From the human T2T-CHM13v2.0 reference genome, Homo sapiens, in the NCBI RefSeq assembly GCF_009914755.1, contig NC_060935.1: a stretch of DNA of 64,000 bases. One strand, 5' to 3'. Shown here in pieces: positions 1-15,865 of the stretch. The translations under genes were made by a program, and so were the position numbers. Below the pieces are notes generated by a model, which was not told the origin of the DNA, did not search any database, and worked only from the letters and a program-made list of their open reading frames with translations. Numbering within the stretch: the stretch's first letter is position 1; every line of letters begins with the position of its first letter.

Positions 1-621
1 CACACGCCTCCCCCGTCCCTGGCCTGATCCCTCGTCTTGGTCCCGGCAGCCTGGGGCCGAGCGTCCTCCCTATTACTCAATGGAGCCGGCGGGATAAAGG
101 CGGAGGGAGATCAGGGAGACCTGAGCCCCAAGAGCGGCCAAGGGGAAAGCATAATCCAATACTCCAGCCAAGACACTCCCTCCCCCACCCCACCCCCGTC
201 GTCGCCCTCCTCCCAAGCCCTGTTCCCTCCATCTCCCCCTGCACCCCCATTCAACCGTGCCTCCGACCCTTCCCTCCTGTCTGTCTCTCAGCCCGTCTGT
301 CCCCTCTGTCTACCCTGGCCCTGGATGTCTGTCAGGTCTCATCAGCATTGCCAGTCTTCCCACTAACCAGTTCTGGGCCAAGGCTCTGCAACAGAGACCC
401 TCCCACCGGCCCTCCTTTCAGCCCTACCACCAGCCTTCCCACCGGCTCTCAGCTGTATACAGATTTGGCTCCCTCCACCCATCCACCTCTCCCCTTCCCA
501 AGCCTCATTTCTTCAATTCTGCCCCACTCCCCTGACCCCCATTCTCCCCTAGATGTCCCCCTCTCCTCTTCCTAATCTTCCTCCATTTGAATCTCTCTTC
601 AACTTTCCATTTCTCAGCCAC

Positions 622-702
622 TCTTCTCTTTGTGCCCATTGAGAAGACTTCCTCCATCTTCTCTTTGCGCCCATTGAGAAGACTTCCTCCATCTTCTCTT
701 TG
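622..702. repeat. 35-bp tandem repeat, ~2.3 copies, PHOX2A intron 1
   Basis: TCTTCTCTTTGYGCCCATTGAGAAGACTTCCTCCA at 622 and 657, partial copy at 692. Confidence 0.9.
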
Positions 703-1029
703 CCCTCCTTCTTCCTCCCCAGGCACCTTCTCCATGTCCCATCTCCTCCAAAGCCAACACTGCCCCCCAACTCTCTTCCTATACCCATCCCAGTCTCCAC
801 TGCCCCATAGGTAGTGTTTCTGACAGTACTTCCCTTCCCTGTCTGTAACCCTGGTTTAAGTCTTCATATTCACCAGGGGTCTCCAATCTCATCTTTGTCC
901 CATCCAGGCCTCCATCTCCCCTGATTCTTGTCTCCAGCACCCCATTTGTATTCTTATCTTCGTCATCTCTATTTCTAATCTTCTTTGGTCCCCATCGCCT
1001 GATACTTATCTCTATCTCCCCAACCCTGA

Positions 1030-1584
<555 letters not shown>

Positions 1585-2405
1585 CTTAGGCCCCAGTCTT
1601 CTACTTGGGTCCCCGGCAGTCTTCCCAGGAGGGAAGGCGATAAGATTACATAGGGCAGGCTGGGACTCTAATCAGAGGGCTGAGATGACTGAGAAGCTCA
1701 GTGAGGTTGAGGGTTTGGACAGGGACTTGGATCTAAAGTCTTGGGGATGCAGGAGCTGCTTCCGGGTTCTACAGAACTCTAGCTGGGAGAGTCTGGGGGA
1801 ATGGGGAAATACAAGTGGCTTAAAAACCCGGGCCCCTTTATTGCGGGCTACGGGATCTGGTTTTGGTGGCTACAGAAGGGTTCGGTCCCAGGCAGCGTGG
1901 GTCCAAGACAGGGCAGGAGGGGCCTGATGGCCACGCGAGCTCTAGGAAGCTTCCCGTCTGGGCAGCTCAGCTGCCTGGAGAGGTCCTTGCTGGGGGTCAT
2001 GCATCTCGTGGGGCAGCGGTGATGGGGTGGGGTGATAAGTGGTGATAGGGCTGGGCTGGGAGCCTTTTTCAAAGATCCAGCGCTTGTAGAGGTTTAGTGG
2101 TCAGTCTTTGCAGGTCGTGAGGGGAAGGCCTGGTAAGGGGCCCAGAGCTGGATGGGGATATATTTCCTTGACCTGAAGGGCACGAGACAGAGATTTGGCA
2201 ACGAGAAAAAGGAACAGGAGAGATGAGAGGGTGAGGCTCATTCCTGCGGAGGAGAACCTCGTATTCTGGGGGTCTCTCGGGGCATTGGAGGGTCTGGCCA
2301 AGGCAGGAATGGGGGCGGCTGAGGGGGACAGTCGCATTCACTTGGCGAGCGGGCCCAGGGATTCTGCAGGAATTGGAGGGAGGGTTGGGCCGGGGCTGCG
2401 CTCAC

Positions 2406-2622
2406 CTGCCGAGTAGGGCGCGGGCTGGTGGTCGCGTAGGGCGCCAAGTGCGCAGTTGGAGGAGCCGAGCGCGGGGCAGGGCGGCCCTGCCGCGGGGAAA
2501 GCGGGCCGCAGGGGGCTGTATTGGAAGCCGCCGGGCTGGCTGCAGGCGCCAAAGTCGCCGTAGGCGGACGCCTCCATGGCCGCCACGCACGAGTCGTACG
2601 AATTGAGGTAGGAGTAGTCCAT
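2406..2622 (-). CDS. PHOX2A: PHOX2A coding exon 1 (paired-like homeobox 2A, N-terminal 72 aa); downstream exons lie left of the window
   Basis: Translation [72 protein letters not shown] matches the PHOX2A N-terminus. ATG at 2622-2620, donor GTGAG at 2405-2401, 217 nt (phase 1). Confidence 0.97.
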
Positions 2623-2789
2623 CGGCCCGGGGGGCGGGGGCGGGGGCCGGGCCAGGCCGGGTCGGGGTCGGGGTCCGGGTGGAGGTCGGAAGGGAGGTTC
2701 GAGCGCCAGGCTCCGAGGACCCGAGGCCAGCTCTGAGCGCCCGAGAGTCCGCCCGCCCCGTCGCGGCCGCACTCAGCCCGGGTGCAACG

Positions 2790-2880
2790 CAAGTGCAGCC
2801 AGCCCGGCCCGCGCGCCTTTTAACGCGCAGGACCCCGCGGAGGGGGGCGGGGCGGGGCGAGCTCCGAAGGGGCGGGGCCT
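2790..2880 (-). promoter_or_regulatory. PHOX2A: PHOX2A core promoter: TATA-like TTAAAA (2823-2818), Inr-like CACTT (~2795-2791), tandem Sp/GC boxes (~2843-2878)
   Basis: TTAAAA lies ~29 nt upstream of an Inr-like motif, with GGGGCGGGGC repeats immediately upstream. Confidence 0.7.
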
Positions 2881-3140
2881 AGGAGGCCCAGACACCGCCC
2901 AAAGCCGCCCCGACCCCCACCCCGAAGGGTCCCCGCCGCCGTCTTAGGGCTCAGAGGTGTGGAGCTGGGATGCGCGGGACCCTATCCCCGGAGTCCCTAT
3001 CCTGCCCCAATCCGGACCAGACCTTCGGTCTCTACACAGCGTCCGAGGCCAGAGGGTCCCGACCCTTTTCCCGGGCCTCCCCACCTGCGGCCCCGCGGAA
3101 GGGAGGGGAGGCAGGCCTGGCGGCGCTCGTGTGAAGAAGT

Positions 3141-3161
3141 TAATTCAATTCGCTCTGATAA
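3141..3161 (+). promoter_or_regulatory. PHOX2-type homeodomain site TAATTCAATT(C) with adjacent GATA site TGATAA
   Basis: AT-rich island inside the GC-rich promoter. Matches the TAATYYAATTA paired-like dimer motif; WGATAA at 3156-3161. Confidence 0.65.
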
Positions 3162-3410
3162 CCGAGTTATTCCGATCTGGCCCCTCAGCCCCGCCCCCAG
3201 CGAGGTCCCATCCCGGCGGAGACTGCGGAGGCGGCCCAGGAAGGAGGATGGAGACCGGGAAGAGACGGAGCCTGGGATGGGGACAGGGAAGGGACGTGGA
3301 TAGACAGAGGAAACAGAGACCGGGAGAGAAAGGGGCAGAAACAGTGATGGAGACAGGGACAAGAGATACAGGTACACAGAGGGAGACAAGGACGGAACAT
3401 ACACAGCGAA

Positions 3411-3517
3411 AGACAGGATGGAGCGGGGACAGGGCAGAGACAGGAGATGAGGGTAAGAGAGAGACAGGATGGAGCGGGGACAGGGCAGAGACAGGAGATG
3501 AGGTTAAGAGAGAGACA
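3411..3517. repeat. 51-bp tandem duplication within a GA-rich low-complexity tract
   Basis: AGACAGGATGGAGCGGGGACAGGGCAGAGACAGGAGATGAGGKTAAGAGAG at 3411 and 3462. Confidence 0.9.
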
Positions 3518-4559
3518 AGAGGAGACAGGGAGACAGGGGGACGAGAAAGAGAGTGAGGGAGGCATGGAGACAGAAGGGGTCGGGATGAGACATGGACGGC
3601 AACCAGGACTGCGGTGGAGAGCAAGGGAGGGATGAGACAAAACAGAGGCAGGAATCGTGAGACAGACACATATGCCCAGGGACAGTCTGAGAGAGACAGG
3701 GCCAGGGACAGCCACAAGCGCGGGAGCAGAGGCTGAGAGCGGAGAGAAAACGCCTCCGGGGAGCTTAGACACGAGGGCTGGAGCGCAGAGGGGCCCAGGG
3801 ATGATGCTGGAGGCTCTGGGGTGCGGCCTCCACGGGGCTGCGGAGAGGGAGGGTCGTGGGAGCCAGGTCCCTCTACCCTGACTTGTCCCGAGGCCCACAC
3901 GACCTTGCACCTTCAGGGCCCGCCTGCCTCTCCCCCCGTTCCCTCAGCTCCATCTGCAGTATGCGACCCTCTCCTGTGACCTTGGGCTCAGGATGCGATG
4001 GATGTCAGAAAGGGAACGTACCCCGTGACCTCTTTATTGTTCTTCAGTCTCTTACCCCTGTTCTCCAGGGCCCCCCGCTTTTTTTCTCCAGGGAAACCAC
4101 CTAGACTCAGTCTGCACCTGGCCCAGACATCCCTGCACAGATTCAGTCACCAGCTCTCTCGTGCTGTGGGACAGCGGGACACATTCAGAATCCTTACCAA
4201 GAGAAGGGAACAGATAACTTTTCCGTCGCTCCTGAGCTGGGTTGGGCAGCTCGTCCACTCAACCCCCAGCCCCAGCCTCTTCCACCGATCTTGGCAGGTC
4301 TTGTAGATGGGGAGTCCTAGACCCATGGAGAAGCCGCGGGAAGGGCGTGTCTTTGTTTCCAGCTGAAGTCCTTGGGGGTTGATAGAAGGACTCCTGGAAT
4401 TCTCCCCAAGTTTGTCAGGACAGAGGGGAGTGCGCCTCTCCTCAGGTAATCCTTCCCCCATCATCCGTTCTGGGCTTCGCAGGAGGACTCTCTATCCCCA
4501 ATCTCCGGAACCACTCCATGCCAGGGGATTTCTTTGAGGTTTCTCAAATTACCTCTTGT

Positions 4560-5560
<1,001 letters not shown>

Positions 5561-6585
5561 ATGACTTTTTAGGTCTAAACTTGTAGAGATTGAGACCTGA
5601 CAGCTCAACTGCTTCAAAAAGTTATCCCTCCTGGTGTGTGAGGTGCACCTCTCCCCCTCAATATATACTCTACAGGGAGTCCAAGGGATCTCAGAATTGG
5701 GAAATCAGATGGGATCACTGCTCTCAGACCCTCCCATGGCTCTCCATTGCCCTCATGATCAAGTCCAAGCTCTTGCTGGCACGCCACGTCCTCAGTGCTA
5801 GCGCTCCAGCCTGCCTCCCCCTGTTCTTGGCTTTCTTTGCAGCCATCACACACTAATCTTTTGGTTCAGAGCTGTTCTCTCTGGCTGGAATGCCCATTTC
5901 ATTCCCTGCCCTCCCACACAAAACAAACAAAACCGAACAAACCCAAGCCTGGTTGACTCCTGTTTATCCATTGGGTCTCAATTTGGATATCATTGCTTCC
6001 TGGAAGCCTTCCCTGATGCTGCTAGACTAGGTTGGGCATCCCTGCCATGTCCCATAGTAGTACTTCCTCTCTTTTGGTCACTCAAATGACCTTGCTGAAG
6101 TGTTTGCAATACAGTGCAAGGTCTTAGGGCAGAACTATGTCATCTTGTTTCTCACTCACTCCCCAGCCCTACCGTGGTGCCTAGCCCATCACTCTGCATG
6201 TCATAGGTCCTCTCTTATCTGTTTGTCAAATGAATGGATTAGGCTAATCTGAAATCTTCGTGTTGGAGAATCCTGCCCTTGCTTCCAGGGAAGAAATTCT
6301 CATCCCCTAACTCCACTCTGCACTCTCTGAAGAGGGATCATCCTGCCCTCTTCATTTCCTCTCTCTCCAGGGACAGGAAACTTCTTCCCTCACGAGTCAA
6401 CCTCTGCCTGGAAGAAAGTCCTTCCTCATCTGAGGAATTTGCAGGTGGCCATACCCCTTCCCCAGTGAAGCTGACCAGCACTAGGAGCAACTGAAGCTTG
6501 CATGCAGGGACAAGCAGAGATATAAGGGGAGGCAGAGTCCCAGTGCTGCCTAAGGCCCTGGCTCCAGCTGTCTCAGAGACCATGA

Positions 6586-7031
<446 letters not shown>

Positions 7032-8008
7032 TAAAGACTTAACACATTTATAGGTAATCAAACAAATGGTAGTGGTGATTAGAAGCTTTATTGTAAGATG
7101 CTACAGGGTTAGCTGGGCAGGAACTGGCCTTTCCAGGCCGCAGGATGTGGAGTTGGGGTTTCTGCTCTGCAGGCATCCATTTGCATCTGCTGATCAGCAT
7201 AGGAGCTGAGAAGCATTCCAAGGAAGTGTTTTAAACCATGTCCACTACTGGGTTCAGACCTATATAGACAGGTCTCTCAGATGGCAGAGGTGAGGGAACT
7301 TTGGAAGCCAGCCTGCACATGTGTGCACGTGTGTGTGTGCATGTGTGATAGGGGTAGGCAAAGAGGCTTCCTGAGAACTCACCATCAAAGAAGAAGGAGA
7401 CAGGCAGAGTGGGAAGGACTCTGCAAGGGCTTCATACCAGAACGGCTGGTGGTTGAGAGTCTGATATGGGGAGCTCATCCTGACTAAGGCCTCCACCCCC
7501 AAAATGTGTGTACTCCTGGGGGAGCTAAAAATGCTCTAGCATGAAACACTGTCACTGCAATCTTGCTGTGAAGCCTCCTTGCAGAGCAGGACAGCTTCAC
7601 TTCCAAGAATGATGACAAATTCTGGAGCCTGGTTGCTGGGTTTCAACTCTGGTTCCACCATTGATGAGCTGTGTGACTTAGGGTAAGTTATTCAACCTCT
7701 CTGTGCCTCAGTTTTCTCATCTGCAAACTAGTTTTTGTTTGTTTTTTAGAGACAGGATGTCTCTCTGTTGCCCAGGCTGGAGTGCAGTGGCACGATCACT
7801 GCATCCTCGAACTCCTGGACTCAAATGATCCTCCTGCCTCAGCCTCTCCAGTAGCTAGGACTTCAGGCACAGGCCACCATGCCCAGCTTAAATTAGTTCA
7901 TTTTATGATTAGATGAATTAAAATATATGAAGTGTTGGAACAGTGCCTGGCACATTAAATAAATCAGCTATTTAACCACCACCACCACGACAACCCCTTC
8001 TCCCTCTT

Positions 8009-9932
8009 TTTAAAAATTTTTTTATTTATTTTTAAACCCAAGCTGACTTTCATGACAATTAAAAAATTTTAAAATATATCTCTGGCAAAGAATAATGCAG
8101 GGGTAAGGATCCAGGCACAGTCCAACATCTCTCTGAGGCCTCCACACAGGCCCCTCAAACCGCACCCACTCTGACCATGCACCACTTTCCACAGACCTGG
8201 TCCCACAGCTGTCCCTTCCTTTGGGGAAGTTGGGAAGGAATGGCTTTAGGGGGATGCAGAGCCCGTCCTCAGCCCTGCCATCTGCCCCACTTCTTAGGAC
8301 TTCCTGGGATTGACTGTCCTTCCCTTGACTCCCCCATCCCTCTGGTCCCCTGGTCTCACACGGCATGGCCCCTCTCACCCTCTGGCTTCTGCTGGTTCTA
8401 ACCATTTTCTCTGATCCCTAGTGCCACCTCCCCATGGTCCTCCTCAGCCACTTCAGCCTAGTCCTCCTTCTCAGGTAGAGACCTCTGACTTGACCCCAGT
8501 CCTGTCAGTCCCTACTGTAGAAAGCACACAGTCCCTGCTCCCTGAGGCTCCACTCTTCTGGACCTGGCTGTACAGGGCTGAGTTGTGGCTTTTGCTGCTC
8601 CTGCCAGTTGCAGTACTAGGTTCAGGGAAGGCTGGGCCCTGGGACTTGGAAGCAGGGAGGGTCTTTGTTCTCTGGGTGGGTGGCATAGCGTAGTCATCAG
8701 TGGCAGGGTTGTAGGGGAGCTTGTAGCCCTCCTACTTCACCTCAGCTTGACATCCCACACATCTTTGGGCTCCTAAGGCAGATCATAAAGGCCCTGGGGA
8801 AGGGCTGGGGCCAGGCCCTCGGGTTCATCATAGATGGGATCCTCTTTGGGGTCCGTCAGCTTGGCCTTCAGCAACTGCTGCTGCTCATGCTCATACAAGT
8901 CCCAATAGAGAGGTTTCTTCCATTGTACTCCCTCTCCTGCCCGAGCAAGAGTGCCGTCCAAGAGGTCTGAGTATAGGGAGCCCTGGGATGGGCCTGAAGC
9001 AATGTGCAGGGAGTCTAAGGGCTCAGCATACAGGGCTGGGGGGCTTTCAAGGAGCTCTTGGGGTCCAGGTGGGGAAGAGAACTTCCCCTCTACCACCTTC
9101 CTTTCATGGGAATCAGCTCTGAGAGCATTGTGCCCCTGTCTGGCCTTTCCCTGGGCCTTCTGCCGGTGGATGGCAGTCTCATCTGCCTGGAAGATGTCAT
9201 TTCCCTGTGCCGTCTGGAAAGGAAGGTTCCAGGGCCCAAGAGGCAGCGGCGCTGGCCTCAAAAGAGAACATGACCTTGTCCCGGCCATAGCAATGCAACA
9301 GAGTGTAGGGCCAGGACAGGAGCAGCTCCGGTACCTGACTCTGGGCTCCCATGGTCAGGAGAGTCAGCCTTTCAGCCTCCACCCTCAGCACGTAGGAGGC
9401 ATGCAGGCCACAGTGCTCGACCGCCTCAGTCCTCTGCACCGTTACCCAGAACTGGGATCCTTCCCAGGTGGGGCTGCACAAGGAGTTCTCCAGCATCTCC
9501 AGGGCAGAAAGCTCAGGTGGGTTATTGGTAGGTTCCAGAGTCCAGCTGCCTTTCCGAAGGGGGTTTTGGCACAGCGTCTGCAACCAGGCTGCACTGGACG
9601 GCACATCAACAGCCAGCAGGTGCTAGTGCTGTGCAGTGTCCAGGCGGAAGGCAGTGGCGCTGGGCTCAGGGAGGCTCTCCACGGCCACGGGGACCAAACT
9701 CACACACTTCGCCAGATGGATCACCTTGCAGTCCAGGCAGCACGAGCTCCCTCGGCCACTCCCAGAGCTCGACCCCTTATGGTCAAAGAACTTGAGCCGC
9801 GCTAGCCATGGGGACTGGCCGGGTAGAGCATGGCCCAGGTCTTCCTCCACCTCTTGGTCCCAAAGTGCTGACTCTGCGAAAAGAGCGGCCCTTCTGTCAT
9901 AGCTCCGTCCATGGCCCCCAGCGGTTGCTTCC
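8009..9932 (-). pseudogene. Processed pseudogene of DOK1 (docking protein 1); CDS remnant 9912-8471
   Basis: Intronless DOK1 peptides over several frames (PH: FFDHKGSSSGSGRGSS..LDCKVI; PTB: SQFWVTVQRTEA..SWPYTLL..YGRDKVMFSFEA; tail: YAEP, YWDLYE, YDEP, YDLP, GVKSEVST*). Frameshifts and a stop at 8773. Decayed poly(A) ~8009-8033. Perfect 15-bp TSD CCCCTTCTCCCTCTT at 7994-8008 and 9933-9947. Confidence 0.95.
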
Positions 9933-10679
9933 CCCCTTCTCCCTCTTATCAAGTGACTGAGTACTGTGGCACTGATAGATCCACACCAGACTCTGGCCAG
10001 GCTCCCTCTGATCTGTTACTCCTGAAACTTGCATATATAACCCAGACACGATGCACCACAGCATCACCTTTACCTGAAAGATTCAGAAGGCATCAGGGCC
10101 CTGCAGAGTTACCCAGCGTGATGGCTTCATTTTTGCAGATGAAGAGACCAAGGCCCAGCGAGGGATCCTATAGAAAGAGTAAAAGTAAAGCCAATGAGCA
10201 TGTGTCAGAGGAGGAGTCCCCCACAGAAGGAGTGGCAGGTAAAAGGATCCTTGTGGACAGATATAGTGGGGACTGCTCTGGATCTTCTGCTTCGTTCCCT
10301 GCTCTGACATTAACTTAGTCTGTGAGCTCAGGCAGTGGAAGCGGTTGAGGAAGGACCCGTGCCCTGGAGAACTCTTTTTGCCAGTGATCATTTGGAGAGT
10401 GGTATCCTGGGGATTCCCAGGTGTCACCACTTTATTCTCACTTCTGCCAGAAACACTGATCTTAGCCTCCCCTCAGAAATCTGAGCAAGAATGTCCTGGG
10501 CTCAGAGTGTGGCCACTATGCTGGCTTCTTACTCCAGTGCACTCCTGCCAGCCCTCCTCTCCTCTGGGGGAGCACACGGAGCCACAGCTCCTCCCTAGCA
10601 TCGAAATGCATCTTTGTACCCTCCAAAGTGATGTCTTCAGTGTCATCGTTATTCAATTATGCTCAGAAGCTGAGCTTGA

Positions 10680-11012
<333 letters not shown>

Positions 11013-11215
11013 CGGGATGCTTTCTTTAAGGATTTCCCAGTCTGGTGGGCACATGGAAACTTACCTGGGGAGAGGGGGGATTTCTCTTTAGAATGTCTTA
11101 GTTGTTTTTGTAAGACAATGGTACAGAGAAGTTTTGTTGCTTCCTTTAAAAAGGGGAAAGAAAAAACAAAGTTTGACCCTACCAACGTTGCTATGCTCTG
11201 ACAAGCTTATCCAGG

Positions 11216-11892
<677 letters not shown>

Positions 11893-12139
11893 CCAAGTTA
11901 TTGTGCATGGGAAGGAACCTGCCAATGGGCTGCCATAATGAACAATTATGGAGTGGTCATCCAGCACCATTCTTCCCTCTTGGGAACTGTCATATCCATC
12001 TAGATGGCTACCCAGGGACCATTGCTTTTACATAATCCTTCCCTCAGTCATAATTGGTCCAGGTGTGGACCCTTTTCAAAGATGGGTCAATAAAACCTTT
12101 CCTTACCCTTTTTTCTTATTTGAACTTAGAAACAAGTCA

Positions 12140-12483
<344 letters not shown>

Positions 12484-14764
12484 TGAAAGGCCATAAATAT
12501 GAAGTTCAGGAACTGTCTGCAAGCATATTCTCCATCATGAAGAGAAGAAAGGTGCTCTGCAGTGAGGAAAGCAGAAATAAAAAGTTGAAGCAAAAGATAA
12601 GGATAATTCTATTAGGATTTAAGTTCCTAGTTCCAGTTATTCCTGAGATATCCTTGCTCTTTTTGCAAATTAGTTGTTCAGCCCCTTATTGGATTTTATT
12701 ACCCAACACATTCTTCTTTATGTTTAATCTGGCTCAAGTTGGATTTCTGTCACTTCCAAGCAAAAGAATCCCAATTTAAAAATCGGTACAAGGTGTAGAG
12801 TGATGCACATGGCAGAACCTAAAACATGGAACTGGCCCTGTTGATGTTGAGGGTGGAATATAGTAAGACTCCCTCCATCCTGAGTCTGGGAGTGAGCTGT
12901 TCGTTAGGTGACGACTGAAGCAGCCAGGGAAATGACTGTATGGTGTCTTTTAGAACAACCTCCCCTATGTCTGCCCGGTGGTTGCAGCTTCAGAGGATTC
13001 AGTAGGAACATGGCAAAATATTGGAGCACATTGTCTACACTTGGCAACCCCAGGAAGATACTTCCAGGGAGGGACAAGCACATGACGGGCAGTATGACAA
13101 TTTGTAACTCTGGTGAGGCCTCCTCTGCCTGGGGCTGGCAATCCAAGGTGGCTGCAGGAAAATAATCATGTGCTTTGCAGACTGGCTGCAGGCAGATTCC
13201 GTGCACACCCTAAAGTGAATGCATTGATTAGGAAAGGGGGACTGTCTGAAATGGGGATATCTGGGATGAGCTAGAGGAATCAGGGACCTGTGACTCTCCC
13301 AATCCCCCCTTGGCACCCTGGCCGGACAGTAAGGGTCAACCTTTGTTTTTCTTTTTTTGGCATCTGGCATCTGAAACCACTTCTAAGTTAGGGAAATTCC
13401 CCATCTAATAGATGCCAGATACTTGTTTTCTGAACTTCCCTCACAACCAGGTGTAGACATTTGACCTTGTCTCAGCCAGTCCCGTACATGGATCACAGAC
13501 TAAGCTAAGAAATCTGTAGATAAGGAAGTGAGGATTCAGAGACCCTCAGAACTCCCTCCAGGGACAATGGGCTTGTAGTAAGACCTAGTTCTAGAGGCAG
13601 CAGGGACCCTACAGAGCTTGCTCTTGGCAGCAGGAAGGGGCAGTGGTGGCAGCATTGTCCTCCTGGAGAAAACCCTGCAGCTTAATTTAGGGCATTGTTC
13701 TGGTTTCCTGTGTGGCTCTCTATCTGGTTCTCTAGTTGTTTCTGTAATTCTCTGAGATACCTAATATCTTTTATACAGTTAATGAGTTATTTTTTTGCTT
13801 AAATAAGATGGAGTTGGTTTTGTGGCTTGTAACTAATGACTCTGACTGATATATAAATTGGTACTAGATTGACTGAAGGCATCAGACTTTCAGAGAAATA
13901 GCTGGAATCTAGGAATGGTTGTGTGGCCTGTTGGGGGACTAAAGGTAATGAAAATCCAGAGATGGGGTGGCACTTGGTGGCAAAATAGCTCATCCGCTTA
14001 TTACTAGTGGTTACCTGGAATGAAGTGTCCATTGAGAACAAAGACTTGGGGGACTGTCTGACATGAGTCTGAAGGGAATGAGGAACAAATGGATTGTGAG
14101 GTGGTGTGGACAACTTAAAGCGAGAATGAAAACATCAGACTCAAAGTTTGCTCTCACTCTATCCTGTGTGAGAACTAGAGCATTGTTTGGAAGAGGAACA
14201 TACTGGGGTGGTTATGTATGGGAGAATTTGGATGGCTGAGAGCTCTGAGCTTCTATGAACCAGGGCTAGGTTGGATACCACCTAAGGGAAAATCCAAAAT
14301 GACAATGGTATAAACAAAATAATAGATTCTTTCTTCTTCACTAAAAATAAATCTGTGGGTAGGGAGTCCAGTGCTGGTGTGGCTACTCCATGGGCCTCCT
14401 ACTCCTTCCTTCTTTTTGTTTTCTCTTCCTAGAGTGTGGTTTCTATCCTCAAGCTCACCTAATGTTCTAAGATAGCTGTTGGAGTTCTAACCATCACATC
14501 CACATTCTAGGAAGCCAGAATGAAGAAGAAAGCAAGCAAAAAGTACATCTCTCAGTGAGACATCTCCCTGTAAGGAACCTTCTTAGAGGCTCTGTGCAGC
14601 ACTTCTGTTTACTTCGTATTTGCCTGAATTTAGTTGTATGAGCACATCAAACTGAAAGGGAGACTAGAAAAAGGAGTGATTTTTAACTGGGCACATTAGT
14701 ATCTCAAATGAAATAGGGTCTTCATTGCTGAGGAATAAGGAGAGAATCGATATCAGGCAGGGAT

Positions 14765-15215
14765 GTTACCCATTGCTGCATAACAATTACCCCACAACTT
14801 AGTAGTGGAAAACAATACACATTTATTGTGTAATAGTTTCTGTGCATCAGGAATTTAGGAACAGCTTACCTGAGTCCCCTGCTTCAGGGTCTCTTCCAAG
14901 GCTACAATCAAGGTGTCAGATCTGCAGTCTCAAATGAGGGCTTGGCTAAGGCAAGGTCGGCTTCTAAGCTCACGCACATGGCTCTTTTTAGGGCTCAGTG
15001 CCTCAAGAGCAATTGGACTGAAGGGCTCTGTTTCTTATCAGATGTTGGCCAGAGGTCACCCTCACTTTCTTGCACTGTGGACCTCCCCATCAGGACAAGC
15101 ATGTTAGAAGGGTCAGAGGGAATGTCAGCAAGACAGAAGGCAGCCTTTTGTAACCTAATCTTGGAAATCACATCCTGTCATTTTTGCCATATTCTGCTCC
15201 TTAGAAGTAAATTAC
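14765..15215 (-). mobile_element. MLT1-family MaLR LTR
   Basis: ttgctgcataacaattaccccacaacttagt...tttctgtgcatcaggaatttagg is the reverse complement of an MLT1 3' end. Confidence 0.7.

Positions 15216-15865
<650 letters not shown>

Larger units (their letters stand above)
2380..3250. promoter_or_regulatory. PHOX2A: CpG island over PHOX2A exon 1 and promoter
   Basis: Very high GC and CpG density compared with the CpG-depleted rest of the window. Confidence 0.9.

Noticed and set aside
1639-1673. GATAAG/GATTA/TAATC cluster in PHOX2A intron 1
   Set aside because: Short motifs, not distinguishable from chance without conservation data
2957-3910. Overlapping 199-251 aa ORFs upstream of PHOX2A
   Set aside because: They arise from a GC/GA-rich low-complexity tract and the 51-bp duplication; biased composition and no domain
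4142-4178. REST/NRSE-like half-sites (TTCAGTCACC ... GGACAGCG)
   Set aside because: Left half imperfect and spacing non-canonical; expected by chance
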